64,000 nt of DNA, taken from an uncultured Methanomicrobiales archaeon (GTDB taxonomy: Archaea > Halobacteriota > Methanomicrobia > Methanomicrobiales > Methanospirillaceae). This document shows positions 10,639 to 21,179 of the stretch, piece after piece. Within the stretch, counting starts at the first letter, position 1. Each line of letters begins with the position of its first letter. The DNA lies in the NCBI GenBank assembly GCA_963758915.1, contig CAVWXH010000016.1, positions 352,001-416,000 on the forward strand, in the 5' to 3' direction. The notes under the pieces were generated by a model, which saw only the letters and a program-made list of their open reading frames with translations, had not been told where the DNA came from and did no database searches. The translations under genes and the position numbers were made by a program.

Positions 10639-11208
10639 TTATACCACATCGGATTGAATGATATCATCCATAAATGTCGAAAGGTTGGAGATCATCATCG
10701 GGTCGAGACCTTTCCCGACAGCGAGGAATATACCGGGTGTGTCAATCAGCCTGAGCCGGTTTGATATATTGTGGATAAATTTTGAGATTGTGGCTGAAGG
10801 GAGATATATCAGCATAGTACTAACCGAGTCAAACAGGATGCAGGGGCGTTTGTCAGAAAATTCGTTCAGTGCCCCTGTTATCGCGATACCAAGATCGGTC
10901 AGGTTGGAAGGGCCGCCGATAAACCGGACGTTCTGCTCACCCGGAGGGGTTTTCCCTATCGCATAACTGGTGATAGCATCAATGAAATACAGCCTGGACA
11001 GATCGATTTCCGCCCTCTCGTAATTTTTTTTAAGGACTTCAGAAGGCTGGTTCGTGGTAATTATTATCAGGTGGTAACCCTCGTCCACCATCAGTTTGAC
11101 GATATCGATATTATCCTGTTTCAACCGGTCAGCGGTGGTAAGCCGGAGGAGAAGGTTCTTTCCACGGGAGATGTTACCCGCCAGTGTCTCTATCAAATCC
11201 AGGCTCAC
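10639..11208 (-). CDS. Inactive RecA/KaiC-like P-loop domain protein (DUF835-like)
   Basis: LYFIDAIT, PSNLTDLGIAI, ILFDSVSTMLIY; no Walker A lysine. Confidence 0.7.
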   Translation of the reverse strand: MSLDLIETLAGNISRGKNLLLRLTTADRLKQDNIDIVKLMVDEGYHLIIITTNQPSEVLKKNYERAEIDLSRLYFIDAITSYAIGKTPPGEQNVRFIGGPSNLTDLGIAITGALNEFSDKRPCILFDSVSTMLIYLPSATISKFIHNISNRLRLIDTPGIFLAVGKGLDPMMISNLSTFMDDIIQSDVV

Positions 11209-11850
11209 CTGCTGATAAATTCCCGGTATGCCTCCGGTATCTCTTTATTATCTGTTACAATCGCCTGGTTCAGTTCCTGGAGGTTTTCCACGATCTGTTC
11301 TGTATTTTTAATCTGGAGCTGGAGGCGTATTTTCAGGTCATCTGGTGGCCCTTCCTGCTCGACCTGTTTCTCAAGTTCCCGAAGGTTATCATGGACTATC
11401 TCTATCGGGTGGCGGAGCCTGTTGGCGGATTCAGTAATATAGGCAATGAGAATCCCATGGTTCGCTTCGATTACCTTCTTTGACTCGAGAAGTTCCTGCT
11501 GGTACTTATCCTTTGTTGAAGAGATAACCGCAACGATGGCCGTTACAAGGATAAACATCATGGCACGGAGGAGCGGAGGCCATGTCAGGTACTCCTAATA
11601 CCTCGTAACTGACCACGATATGCATTACCCCGAGTACAATTGCCAGGAACACTGCCCGCTCGTGATACCAGATGGCCGCAAGTACGAGGAGAATGTAAAA
11701 TACATGGGTGTAGGCCACCTCGATCCCCCAGTAGAGGTGGATTGTCTCTTCAAGGAGCAGGCAGAAGAGAACAAGCAGGACCAGCGTAAATTTTTTATTT
11801 TCCGGATCTCTAAACCAGTCGAATATACGGCTCACAGCATTAATACCCAT
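11205..11850 (-). CDS. Membrane sensor-like protein (about 4 TM, coiled coil, HisKA-like helix); frameshift near 11575
   Basis: One-base correction joins ORFs 11506-11850 and 11205-11561 as DMASLLRAMMFILV. Contains ESANRLRHPIEIV. Confidence 0.65.
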
Positions 11851-12028
11851 TATAGCGTCCTCTGATCAATCAATTGGTAATACCTGCATTAAGTCCTTTG
11901 ATGCTGCTCAACGGGAAAACCGGGTGCAGGATATCAATTACTATAGATGAACGGTTCGATTGCCTTTATCAGTTAACAATCCGACAAATTTCGGTGAGGC
12001 TAATAATCGGGAAAATAATTTCTAATTA

Positions 12029-12385
12029 CCGCTCTGCAGAAACACACATGAATGGGAATTCACACCCGTACGGTTGAAAATGCAATGTTCAAAATCTCTT
12101 CATATTGCTGGCCTTTCAGGTATTTTGGTAGTAGATCCTCTCAAATCTATCTTACAGACTGGTAATTCCAAAATTTCGTCACGCTCCCGGGGCTCATGGT
12201 CCATCGCTCTGGCGAACCCGGTTGGGATAGAGACTATCCCCGAATACTCTGAATTTATTGAGCCTTCGGGAAACCCTGCCCGAAGAATATCTTAATGAGG
12301 AAGGGGCAGGGAAGGGGTGAAACCACCTCCTGTCATCGTATTTCCCTCTTATTTTTTAACACACCGAAGGGTTTCAACAAAGCCC
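12029..12385 (-). mobile_element. MITE-like element, long form
   Basis: Reverse complement aligns over its length to 37682-38039. TIRs CCGCTCTGCAGAAAC / GTTTCAACAAAGCCC. Flanking TAATTA direct repeat. Confidence 0.8.
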
Positions 12386-12556
12386 TAATTATTGATAACT
12401 ATATCAGTAGTGAGGAATTCTTGTTAGTCACGCGGATACTTCAGGGAGCACAGACCCGTGGAATAATGGTTGGGATTAAAAAAAACAGATTCCATATCTT
12501 TTTTACCGGTGCAGAAGAGAATCTGTAGGTGAATCGAGGAATAATGGCCTGTATCC

Positions 12557-13420
12557 ATGCAGCCGATATTCCTAACCGGAATGAATACTACTGCAATCGA
12601 TCAGGCACTCTATCGCAACATTGTGAAGGCGACCTGTAATGCCATCAGGCAGGCACAAATTTTTCTCCCGGCTGATGTGAAGTCCGCGATTCTTAACGCG
12701 ATGGAACGGGAGACCAGCCCCGTTGCAAAAAGTGAGCTCCGTAATATTCTTGATAATCTTTCGCGCGCTGAAGAGTTGAAACTCCCGATATGCCAGGATA
12801 CCGGGGTACCGGTGATCTATCTTACCATCCCCCCCAACGTACCCTATTGCACCGCGCTGCTTGATGCAATCCGGGATGGTGTCCGGAAGGCCACGAACGT
12901 AGTCCCGCTCCGCCCGAACTCGGTGGACCCGCTGAGCCGGGAAAATACCGGGGACAATACCGGTACCGGAATGCCCTCAATACACGTAAGCCCCGGCAGT
13001 CAGCTAACCATAACCGTGCTGCCGAAAGGGGCCGGTGCCGAGAACATGTCGCGGATAGCAATGCTCCTCCCTTCAGAAAAGGCAAGTATCCCAAAGTTTG
13101 TCACCGAAACAATGCTTATTGCAGGAGGCAGGCCCTGTCCGCCGGTTATCCTCGGTGTAGGAATCGGTGGTACATTTGACCAGGTGGCAGCACTTGCAAA
13201 AGAGGCGCTACTTCTTCCCGTTGATACCATGGACCCGTTCGAGCAGGATCTTTGTGATACCGTGAATAAACTCGGGATCGGTCCGATGGGCCTTGGTGGA
13301 GATACGACGGTAATTGCAGTAAAGGTAAAACGTGCGTCCTGTCATACGGCATCCCTTCCCGTGGCGGTAAACGTGCAGTGCTGGGCATCGCGGCGTGCAA
13401 CGGTGGTGGTGCCCCTGTGA
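12557..13420 (+). CDS. fumA: Fe-S fumarate hydratase, alpha subunit
   Basis: PICQDTG, KGAGAEN, PCPP, CHTASLPVAVNVQCW. Confidence 0.92.
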   Translation: MQPIFLTGMNTTAIDQALYRNIVKATCNAIRQAQIFLPADVKSAILNAMERETSPVAKSELRNILDNLSRAEELKLPICQDTGVPVIYLTIPPNVPYCTALLDAIRDGVRKATNVVPLRPNSVDPLSRENTGDNTGTGMPSIHVSPGSQLTITVLPKGAGAENMSRIAMLLPSEKASIPKFVTETMLIAGGRPCPPVILGVGIGGTFDQVAALAKEALLLPVDTMDPFEQDLCDTVNKLGIGPMGLGGDTTVIAVKVKRASCHTASLPVAVNVQCWASRRATVVVPL

Positions 13421-13962
13421 GTGCCATTGAGTTACATACACCCCTGGGAGAGGAGGTCCTATCCCTTCGTGCCGGTGAGCGGGTGACCTTATCAGGTCTT
13501 GTTTATACTGCCCGTGACGAAGCCCACATGATGATGGAGGAACGCGGGATCCCGTTCAATCCCAACGGGGCGGCGATTTACCATTGCGGCCCGATAATCA
13601 TCGACGGGATGGTTATTGCTGCAGGGCCGACCACCTCGGCACGGATGAACAACCTTTCGGGTTTCCTGCTGGACAACGGTGTCCGGGCATTGATCGGAAA
13701 GGGGGGTATGGGCGAAACAGTTCGTGAACAACTCAGGGGAAGGGGTGTTTACCTGGCATTTACGGGCGGTTGCGCAGCCCTGGCCGCATCAAGCATGAAA
13801 TACCGGGGTATCTATTACGAAGAGCTTGGCATGGCAGAAGCAGTATGGGAGCTTGAATTTTACAAGGTCCCACTGGTGGTTGGTATCGATTCGGAGGGTA
13901 ACGATATCTTTTACGATGTGAGCTGCAAAGCAAAACTACAATTCAGTTCGCTATTCAAATAA
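13417..13962 (+). CDS. fumB: Fe-S fumarate hydratase, beta subunit
   Basis: TARDEAH, YHCGP, GPTTSARM, IGKGGM. GTG start overlaps the alpha stop. Confidence 0.92.
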   Translation: MSAIELHTPLGEEVLSLRAGERVTLSGLVYTARDEAHMMMEERGIPFNPNGAAIYHCGPIIIDGMVIAAGPTTSARMNNLSGFLLDNGVRALIGKGGMGETVREQLRGRGVYLAFTGGCAALAASSMKYRGIYYEELGMAEAVWELEFYKVPLVVGIDSEGNDIFYDVSCKAKLQFSSLFK

Positions 13963-14004
13963 TCTAAGGATACAAAAAGATGTACAGGATAAAAGGACAC
14001 CCAT

Positions 14005-14277
14005 ATGAAGATCGAGATTGATGAGTCCCGCTGTAAGGGCTGTAACCTCTGCATCGCTGGATGCCCGTACAGGATATTCCAGGCAGGCACAAAACCAAAC
14101 CGGAAAGGGATCCTGGTCCCCCTGCTCGACCGGCCTGAACGCTGTACGAACTGCAGGCTCCGGCACCTGTACGGCAGGGTGCTGTGCGGGGTCTGCCTTA
14201 TGACATGCCCCGACCAGGCAATCCGGTTCCGGGAAGAAAAACCAGGCGAGACCGTTAAGGTGGCGATTGAATATTGA
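14005..14277 (+). CDS. korD: 2-oxoglutarate:ferredoxin oxidoreductase delta subunit (2x[4Fe-4S])
   Basis: CKGCNLCIAGCP and CTNC...CGVCLMTCP; first gene of the kor cluster. Confidence 0.85.
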   Translation: MKIEIDESRCKGCNLCIAGCPYRIFQAGTKPNRKGILVPLLDRPERCTNCRLRHLYGRVLCGVCLMTCPDQAIRFREEKPGETVKVAIEY

Positions 14278-15374
14278 GTAAAACTGAGTTCATGCAGGGA
14301 AATATAGCCTGTGCTGAGGGTGCCCTCGCTGCCGGGTGCAATTTCTTCGGAGGGTACCCGATTACACCTTCTACCGAAGTTGCGGAGCATATGGCCATAA
14401 AACTCCCGAAAAAAAACGGGACCTTCATCCAGATGGAGGATGAGATCGCATCCATGGCCTCGATAATCGGGGCATCGTGGACAGGTGCACGGGCGATGAC
14501 TGCAACGAGCGGCCCGGGTTTTTCGCTCATGATGGAAAACATAGGCTTCGCAGTAATGACCGAAACCCCCTGTGTCGTGGTAAATATTCAGCGGGGTGGT
14601 CCGAGTACCGGACAGCCTACCATGGCCGCAGCAGGCGACATGATGCAGTGCCGTTTCGGGTCACATGGTGACTATAGTGCAATCGCCCTCTGCCCATCCA
14701 GCGTACAGGAGATGTACAAACTCACGGTGAAGGCCTTTAACCTGGCGGACAGGTTCAGGGTGCCAGTATTCCTGATGGCTGACGAAATAATCGGGCATAT
14801 GCGTGAACGGATCATCATCCCGGACAATGTCGAACGCACACCCAGGAGACCTCTGGCACCGGGGGTCCTTCCGTTCCACCCGGAAGATGACCTCGTACCA
14901 GGGTTTCCCGAGTTTGGAAAAGGGTTTGGAGTTCATGTTACAGGACTTACCCACGATGAGCGTGGTTACCCGTGTGCCACAAACCCTAAACTCCATGAAC
15001 AACTTGTTATGCGGCTTTGTAATAAGATTGAGGAGGCCAGGAAGGAGATTGCCGACTATATTGTTACGAACCCTGAGGCAGAAACAGTTTTTGTCACGTA
15101 TGGTTCTCCTGCACGCTCTGTGGAACAGGTCCTCCACGATACTCCGGGTAAAAAAATCGGGCACCTACGCCTGAAGATGGTATGGCCATTTCCAGAGCAT
15201 GCAATAGCCGAGTTCCCGGATGCGACGCGTTTCATTATTCCGGAACTGAACCTTGGTCAAATCGCACGTGAATTTGACCGCCATACAAAGGTCCCTGTAA
15301 TCCAGGTACCAAAACTAGGTGGAGACCTTCACATGCCCGCAGAACTGAAAAAACTTGCCGGGGTGGGTGAATGA
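14274..15374 (+). CDS. korA: 2-oxoglutarate:ferredoxin oxidoreductase alpha subunit
   Basis: GYPITPSTE, QMEDEIAS, TATSGPG, QRGGPSTG. Confidence 0.92.
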   Translation: MSKTEFMQGNIACAEGALAAGCNFFGGYPITPSTEVAEHMAIKLPKKNGTFIQMEDEIASMASIIGASWTGARAMTATSGPGFSLMMENIGFAVMTETPCVVVNIQRGGPSTGQPTMAAAGDMMQCRFGSHGDYSAIALCPSSVQEMYKLTVKAFNLADRFRVPVFLMADEIIGHMRERIIIPDNVERTPRRPLAPGVLPFHPEDDLVPGFPEFGKGFGVHVTGLTHDERGYPCATNPKLHEQLVMRLCNKIEEARKEIADYIVTNPEAETVFVTYGSPARSVEQVLHDTPGKKIGHLRLKMVWPFPEHAIAEFPDATRFIIPELNLGQIAREFDRHTKVPVIQVPKLGGDLHMPAELKKLAGVGE

Positions 15375-16159
15375 GTTACGAGGACTGGTTCAGGCAGGAC
15401 CGCCTGCCACACATCTACTGTGCAGGATGCGGGAACGGGACAATCATAAACTGTACGCTTGAAGCAATTGATGAAATGGGCTGGAAAAAGGATGAGACCA
15501 TCTTCGTTTCGGGTATCGGCTGTTCATCAAGGGCCCCCGGCTATATTGTCACCGATTCTCTCCACACCACTCATGGCAGGGCTCTCCCGTTCGCAACAGG
15601 GGTGAAAATGGCAAGACCTGGATTCCATGTCGTTGTATTTACCGGTGACGGGGACCTTGCGGCAATCGGCGGCAACCACTTTATCCATGCATGCCGGAGA
15701 AATATCGATATCACGGTTGTCTGTATGAATAACCAGATTTATGGAATGACCGGGGGCCAGGGGAGCCCAACTACACCTATGGGTGCCCTCTCTACCACCA
15801 CCCCGTTTGGATCGGCCGAACCTGCCTTCGACCTCTGTGAACTTGCCATCGCTGCAGGTGCGAATTACGTGGCCCGCTGGACATCTTACCATGTAAAGGA
15901 ACTGACAAAAGCAGTAAAGGTGGGAATGGAAACACCAGGGCTGTCTTTTATAGAAGCAATGGTCCAGTGCCCGACAAATTACGGCAGGAGAAACAAGTTC
16001 AAACAGGTACTCGACCAGGTCGATTACATCAGGTCGCATTCGATGCTCAGGCCGAAATATCTCCAGCATCTGGAAAGGGGTGAACCAATCCCGGATGCTA
16101 CAATCGTTGTTGGGGAATTCATTAAACGGGATCGTCCGGCAATGGGGGTACCACGATGA
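15371..16159 (+). CDS. korB: 2-oxoglutarate:ferredoxin oxidoreductase beta subunit
   Basis: CAGCG, SGIGCS, TPP motif GDGD...NNQIYGMTGGQ. Confidence 0.92.
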   Translation: MSYEDWFRQDRLPHIYCAGCGNGTIINCTLEAIDEMGWKKDETIFVSGIGCSSRAPGYIVTDSLHTTHGRALPFATGVKMARPGFHVVVFTGDGDLAAIGGNHFIHACRRNIDITVVCMNNQIYGMTGGQGSPTTPMGALSTTTPFGSAEPAFDLCELAIAAGANYVARWTSYHVKELTKAVKVGMETPGLSFIEAMVQCPTNYGRRNKFKQVLDQVDYIRSHSMLRPKYLQHLERGEPIPDATIVVGEFIKRDRPAMGVPR

Positions 16160-16698
16160 GACATGAAGTACGGTTTTCAGGGTTCGGCGGCCAGGGAATA
16201 ATCCTCTCTGCCGTTATTATCGGTCGTGCAGCCGTGATGTACGATAATAAGTTTGCAGTCCAGACCCAGGTATACGGGCCCGAAGCCCGGGGAGGTGCAT
16301 CAATGAGCGCCGTAATTATCGACGACGAGCCAATCCTTTTTCCAAAGGTCACTGTGCCGGATATCTACGTGATTATGTCACAGGAGGGGTTCGAAAAATA
16401 TGGAGCTTCAGCCCCGGAGGGAGCGGTAATGATCATCGATTCCACGCTGGTCCATTCAAGACCGGCCTGTACCTGCATTGAGGTGCCGGCTACGAAAGAG
16501 GCCAGGGAAAAACTGGGCCGTGATATTGTCGCCAATATCGTAATGCTCGGTGCATTGGTGGCCGCGACGAAACTGGTATCTGAAACTGCCATTGAGCGGG
16601 CAATCCTGGACAGCGTTCCGAAAGGGACTGAAAAACTGAACCAGAGCGCCATGACACGTGGATTTGAACTTATTAAGGAGAGAGGAACGACATCATGA
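16156..16698 (+). CDS. korC: 2-oxoglutarate:ferredoxin oxidoreductase gamma subunit
   Basis: SGFGGQG, YGPEARGG, ANIVMLGA. Confidence 0.9.
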   Translation: MRHEVRFSGFGGQGIILSAVIIGRAAVMYDNKFAVQTQVYGPEARGGASMSAVIIDDEPILFPKVTVPDIYVIMSQEGFEKYGASAPEGAVMIIDSTLVHSRPACTCIEVPATKEAREKLGRDIVANIVMLGALVAATKLVSETAIERAILDSVPKGTEKLNQSAMTRGFELIKERGTTS

Positions 16699-17780
16699 AG
16701 ATACTCGAGTATGAAGCAAAGAAGGTGCTCGAAGAATCGGGCATCAGAATTCCCCGGAGCGTTCTCATCAGGTCACCGGATGAGATTGCAGCGCACCTCG
16801 CGGCAATGCCTGATAACCTTGTCCTGAAAGCACAGGTGGATGTCGGGGGTAGAGGAAAAGCCGGTGGGATCCTGATGTCGGATAAGGCACATGCAATGAT
16901 TACCGCAAAGGACCTGTTTTCCCGGAAGATTAAGCATATCCAGGTCAAAGAAGTGCTGGTCGAAGAACGGCTCGATATCATGCATGAGTATTATCTCTCT
17001 ATTGCGATCGACAGGTCAACAAAGCATGCACTCATCCTCTTTGCGGATGCAGGAGGGGTGGAGATTGAAACGGTCGCAAAAGAAAACCCTGGTGCAGTCC
17101 GGAGGGCGTCCCTTCCCCTTATCATGCATGATGTCCCGCAGTTTATGGCACGGGACCTCATTGGTACAGCCCCGAAGGAACTGGGCCCGGTTATTAACCA
17201 GTTATACCATGTTTTCCAGAAGAAAGATGCATTGCTTGCAGAAATCAACCCACTCGTCACAACGCCAAAAGGGGTAGTGGCTGCAGATGCAAAGCTGATT
17301 GTCGATGATAATGCCCTTAAACGACAGGGTATCACGGTAAATCGTGACCTGAGTGAACGGGAACGCGAGGCGGAACGGTTTGGATTTTCTTATGTCGAAC
17401 TTGATGGCACGATTGGTGTCATCGGGAACGGTGCCGGGCTTACGATGTCAACCCTCGACCTGATTGAATATTATGGCGGCCGGGCAGCCAACTTCCTCGA
17501 TGTAGGGGGAGGGGCTGAACAGGAGCGTGTTATGAATGCCGTCCGGCTGGTTGCAAGTGTACCGTCAGTGAAGGCAATTGTCGTGAACCTTCTGGGTGGT
17601 ATTACACGGTGTGACGAAGTTGCAAAAGGGATCATTAGTGCAGGGGTAACACAGCCCGTAATTGTCAGGCTTGCAGGGACAAACGAGGTGGAAGGCAGGG
17701 TACTCCTTGCAGAAAAAGGGTACCAGATGCCGGATACGATGGAGCAGGTAGTCAAAGCAGCAGTGGAGATGACACGATGA
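16695..17780 (+). CDS. sucC: Succinyl-CoA synthetase beta subunit
   Basis: KAQVDVGGRGKAGG, EINPL, NGAGL, ANFLDVGGG. Confidence 0.95.
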   Translation: MKILEYEAKKVLEESGIRIPRSVLIRSPDEIAAHLAAMPDNLVLKAQVDVGGRGKAGGILMSDKAHAMITAKDLFSRKIKHIQVKEVLVEERLDIMHEYYLSIAIDRSTKHALILFADAGGVEIETVAKENPGAVRRASLPLIMHDVPQFMARDLIGTAPKELGPVINQLYHVFQKKDALLAEINPLVTTPKGVVAADAKLIVDDNALKRQGITVNRDLSEREREAERFGFSYVELDGTIGVIGNGAGLTMSTLDLIEYYGGRAANFLDVGGGAEQERVMNAVRLVASVPSVKAIVVNLLGGITRCDEVAKGIISAGVTQPVIVRLAGTNEVEGRVLLAEKGYQMPDTMEQVVKAAVEMTR

Positions 17781-18643
17781 TTTATGGGGATAAAAAAACA
17801 GGTGTGATCGTCACCGGTGCTACCGGTAACCAGGGGGCGTTTCATATTGCCCTGATGAACGAGTATGCAAAGAGTGTTGGCGGAAAGGGCGTAGTTGCTG
17901 GTGTGACACCCGGTAAGGCCGGGCAGGAAGTTCATGGAGTCCCGGTATACAACAGCATTCGAGATGCGATGAAAGAGCATGATGCCGGTGCAAGCGTCCT
18001 TTTTGTGCCTGCGTTCGCAGCAGGGGACTCAATCATGGAGTCCGCGAGCGCCGGTCTTTCGCTTGTGGTCGCCATTACCGAGCATATACCTGTCCATGAC
18101 ACCATGAAAGCCATATCCTATGCCAAAATGAATGATTGTGATGTTATCGGGCCGAATTGCCCGGGACTGCTGTCACCCGGGGAGATAAAAATGGGTATTA
18201 TGCCTGCACAGTTATTCAGACGAGGTCACATCGGCGTGATTTCGCGAAGTGGTACCCTTACCTACGAAATCGTTGATGAACTTACCCGTGCGGGGCTTGG
18301 CCAGAGTACCGTTGTCGGGATTGGAGGGGACCCTGTTATCGGGCAGACATTTACCGATGTCCTTGCCAGGTTTTCTGAGGACCGGGAGACAAAAGCGGTC
18401 GTTATCATCGGGGAAGTAGGTGGGGCTCTAGAAGAGGAAGGTGCAAAGTCAGCCGAAATCCCGGTTGTTGCATACATTGCAGGTATATCCGCGCCCCCTG
18501 AAAAGCGGATGGGGCATGCAGGCGCCATCATCGAAGGCGGTGAAGGGGATGCCCGGTCAAAAATAGAGCGACTGAAGGCGATGGGGGTCCCGGTAGCGTC
18601 ACGGCCGTCAGAAGTGCCACGCCTTATCCACAACATGATTTAA
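17777..18643 (+). CDS. sucD: Succinyl-CoA synthetase alpha subunit
   Basis: IGPNCPG, SRSGTLTYE, RMGHAGA (phospho-His). Confidence 0.95.
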   Translation: MIYGDKKTGVIVTGATGNQGAFHIALMNEYAKSVGGKGVVAGVTPGKAGQEVHGVPVYNSIRDAMKEHDAGASVLFVPAFAAGDSIMESASAGLSLVVAITEHIPVHDTMKAISYAKMNDCDVIGPNCPGLLSPGEIKMGIMPAQLFRRGHIGVISRSGTLTYEIVDELTRAGLGQSTVVGIGGDPVIGQTFTDVLARFSEDRETKAVVIIGEVGGALEEEGAKSAEIPVVAYIAGISAPPEKRMGHAGAIIEGGEGDARSKIERLKAMGVPVASRPSEVPRLIHNMI

Positions 18644-18815
18644 TTTTTCAGCCGGGTATGAGATGTATGGGATTTGGGTTGTGATATCCGGTAATACCCC
18701 ATATGCTATGATTGGAAAATTAAAATAAAGAGACGGGTACACGTATCATTACGTAACCGGTGTTGATTAGGAGATGGGAAATCATGGGAAATATGAGCAA
18801 TAAGAAGGGGATAAA

Positions 18816-19553
18816 TTGAATCCGGCAGATCAGAGTGATTCTGGTACCGGACCAGGGCAGTACCTGGTTCCTGGTGAGACCGTTCTCCGGTATTCCAGCT
18901 CTGTTGGCATTAAAAAATTTATCTTTAACGCGTATATTACTGACAGGCGGATTTTTCTGGTTGACCAGAACGAGAAAAAACCTGGTTTTATCTCCAAGGA
19001 GATCCCGCGGGATGTTGTAATGGGGAGCCACCTCGAGTCTCCAGGGTCCCCGCACCCGTTCCTTGTACTCACCATAAGGACATCAGAAGACGAGACCAGG
19101 ACGATGAAAATCGCATTCGTCCAGGAAGGCAATGACCGGACGGCTGAGATCGAGGAATGGATTAGCGTCCTTCATGGCAGGACGATACGGCCAGGGAAAT
19201 CCAACATACTTCACCGGGACACACCGGTAACGGTACATAAGGCGGACCCGCACAGGACAAAATTTCACGAAAAACAGGTCACACGGCAAGATGCGCATCA
19301 TGAAGCAATTGTTTCCGGGACCCCGCACCACCGTGACACGGGGAAAGCCCGTCAGGAAGATCCGGATAAGTTCCCCGTGGCCAGACCTGTCCTCATTGAA
19401 GATGAGCGACCTGTCACAGGCCAGAATATCGGACCTGTTCCGGATGTTGTGGAGATTGCATTCTGCCACCATTGTGGGAAAAGGGCACCCAGAAGTGCAA
19501 ATTTTTGTCCGTTTTGCGGTACCAAACTTCACCGGACAGGCCATTCCACCTGA
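18816..19553 (+). CDS. PH-like domain plus C-terminal zinc-ribbon protein
   Basis: AYITDRRIFLVD (PH-like), disordered linker, FCHHCG...FCPFCG. Confidence 0.7.
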   Translation: MNPADQSDSGTGPGQYLVPGETVLRYSSSVGIKKFIFNAYITDRRIFLVDQNEKKPGFISKEIPRDVVMGSHLESPGSPHPFLVLTIRTSEDETRTMKIAFVQEGNDRTAEIEEWISVLHGRTIRPGKSNILHRDTPVTVHKADPHRTKFHEKQVTRQDAHHEAIVSGTPHHRDTGKARQEDPDKFPVARPVLIEDERPVTGQNIGPVPDVVEIAFCHHCGKRAPRSANFCPFCGTKLHRTGHST

Positions 19554-19875
19554 GCTGGGCCCAGGTCTCCCCGGATACCTGCCGGAATGACGTTTCAGTT
19601 TAGTACCGGGTATCTGAATACGTGATCCTATCTCTCCGGGTCATGTTCCCATTATCCTGAATGTGCTGTTTTTTAAGAAACGCAGACAAGCTCCGGGGTG
19701 AGTACCTGTTGTCTGAACAACATCAGGAGAGAACACACGGGGTACCATTGACTCATTGGGATGGTTGTTTACCCCGTTTGAAGAATAAAGCCAAAAAAAG
19801 CCAATGCGGGTACCGGTTTATCCGTGTATTATTCCCTGTCTATTCCTGTCCCGGCAAGGCCGAAACAGTTTCTAT

Positions 19876-20940
19876 TCACCCTGCCCTTTTCCGGGATATA
19901 ACCATCCTGACCCATGTATCCTTATGGTAATGGTCCCTTATATCCCGTTCATCAACTATCACGAGGCCGTTTTCCAATAATGCATGTCTGTATTCAGGAG
20001 TCATGAACTCCTTTTCCTTGGTGAATCCACCATGTAGTTTGTTGACCCCCTGAAAAGTCCAGAGTTTGTATTCAAGGGACTGGAGTGGGTCATGAGGGAG
20101 ACCTCCCGGCGACTGCAGGTTTACAAAATAACCCCCCTCGTTCAGGGCTCCGCTGATTTTATCCAGTAGTTCAATGGATTTTCCACTCGGGTTTGATGAT
20201 GAAATAATCAGGTCGTACCCTTCCCCAAATGAGTCTGCAAAGAAATCTCCAGGTAGCAGGTGCACGTTCTCAGCGTTGTACTGTTCAAGGTAATGACCTG
20301 CCAGGGTAACGACGTGGGGTAAATCAAATACCCACGCCTCAATATCAGGACGCTGCATGCCTAGTGCGATCGCGTAGAGACCATGTCCCCCACCAAGGTC
20401 AAGTACACGCCGGACATTTTCAAAACCAGGCAGACTAATAACAGCCAGGATTACCGCCTGTAACCTTCCTGATAACGCATTTTCAGCCATGGCAGGAAGA
20501 GAGTACTCGCGAAAAAAATCCTCTTTGTCATACTGCACCGGCCCGTTGTGGACAATAAGGGCAAGCGGAGCCCACAGGTCCTGTCCCATCCGGGCAAGCT
20601 GCCTGATATAATGAACCTGCGAATAAGGGGAACCGGTTCTCAGGTATGTTGATGCCAGGGTTGTATCAGAATAGGTACCTTGTTCCCGGGTCAGGAGGCC
20701 TTCCATCACCAGGGCTTCGCATATCAGGCCACACATTTCCACATCCGAAGCAATACGGGACGCCAGTTCCTGCACCGTTACCGGAGTGGTACACACGTCA
20801 AAGATTCCCAGCTCGACCGCGGCACTGATAAGCGAAAACTGACGCATGCCCCGTATCGCAGCATCTAATTTTTCAAACAATAGTCCGGGATCTTCGGGGG
20901 GTTCCATGATAAAGAATGAGAATGCTAGCTTTTCGCTCAT
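19876..20940 (-). CDS. SAM-dependent O-methyltransferase (dimerisation domain plus Methyltransf_2)
   Basis: AAVELGIFD, VLDLGGGHG, VFDLP, GDFF. Confidence 0.88.
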   Translation of the reverse strand: MSEKLAFSFFIMEPPEDPGLLFEKLDAAIRGMRQFSLISAAVELGIFDVCTTPVTVQELASRIASDVEMCGLICEALVMEGLLTREQGTYSDTTLASTYLRTGSPYSQVHYIRQLARMGQDLWAPLALIVHNGPVQYDKEDFFREYSLPAMAENALSGRLQAVILAVISLPGFENVRRVLDLGGGHGLYAIALGMQRPDIEAWVFDLPHVVTLAGHYLEQYNAENVHLLPGDFFADSFGEGYDLIISSSNPSGKSIELLDKISGALNEGGYFVNLQSPGGLPHDPLQSLEYKLWTFQGVNKLHGGFTKEKEFMTPEYRHALLENGLVIVDERDIRDHYHKDTWVRMVISRKRAG

Positions 20941-21179
20941 GCAGTACCTCCTGGAAGGTGATTTGCACCTGATTGGTTTAAAGTATCCCTTATCAGGTGA
21001 CAGGGAATTGACAAGGTTCCTTCATTTCTGCATCAGTTAATCTCCCCTTGTTATTCCCCTGCTGTATAGGTCGCTATTCACGCATTCATGGAGAAACCAC
21101 ACGTATTACTGGTAATGATTATACACCAGCGTCCCGGGTTAACTACCAACCTATAATATACTCGGATTGAGAAGTTTTA

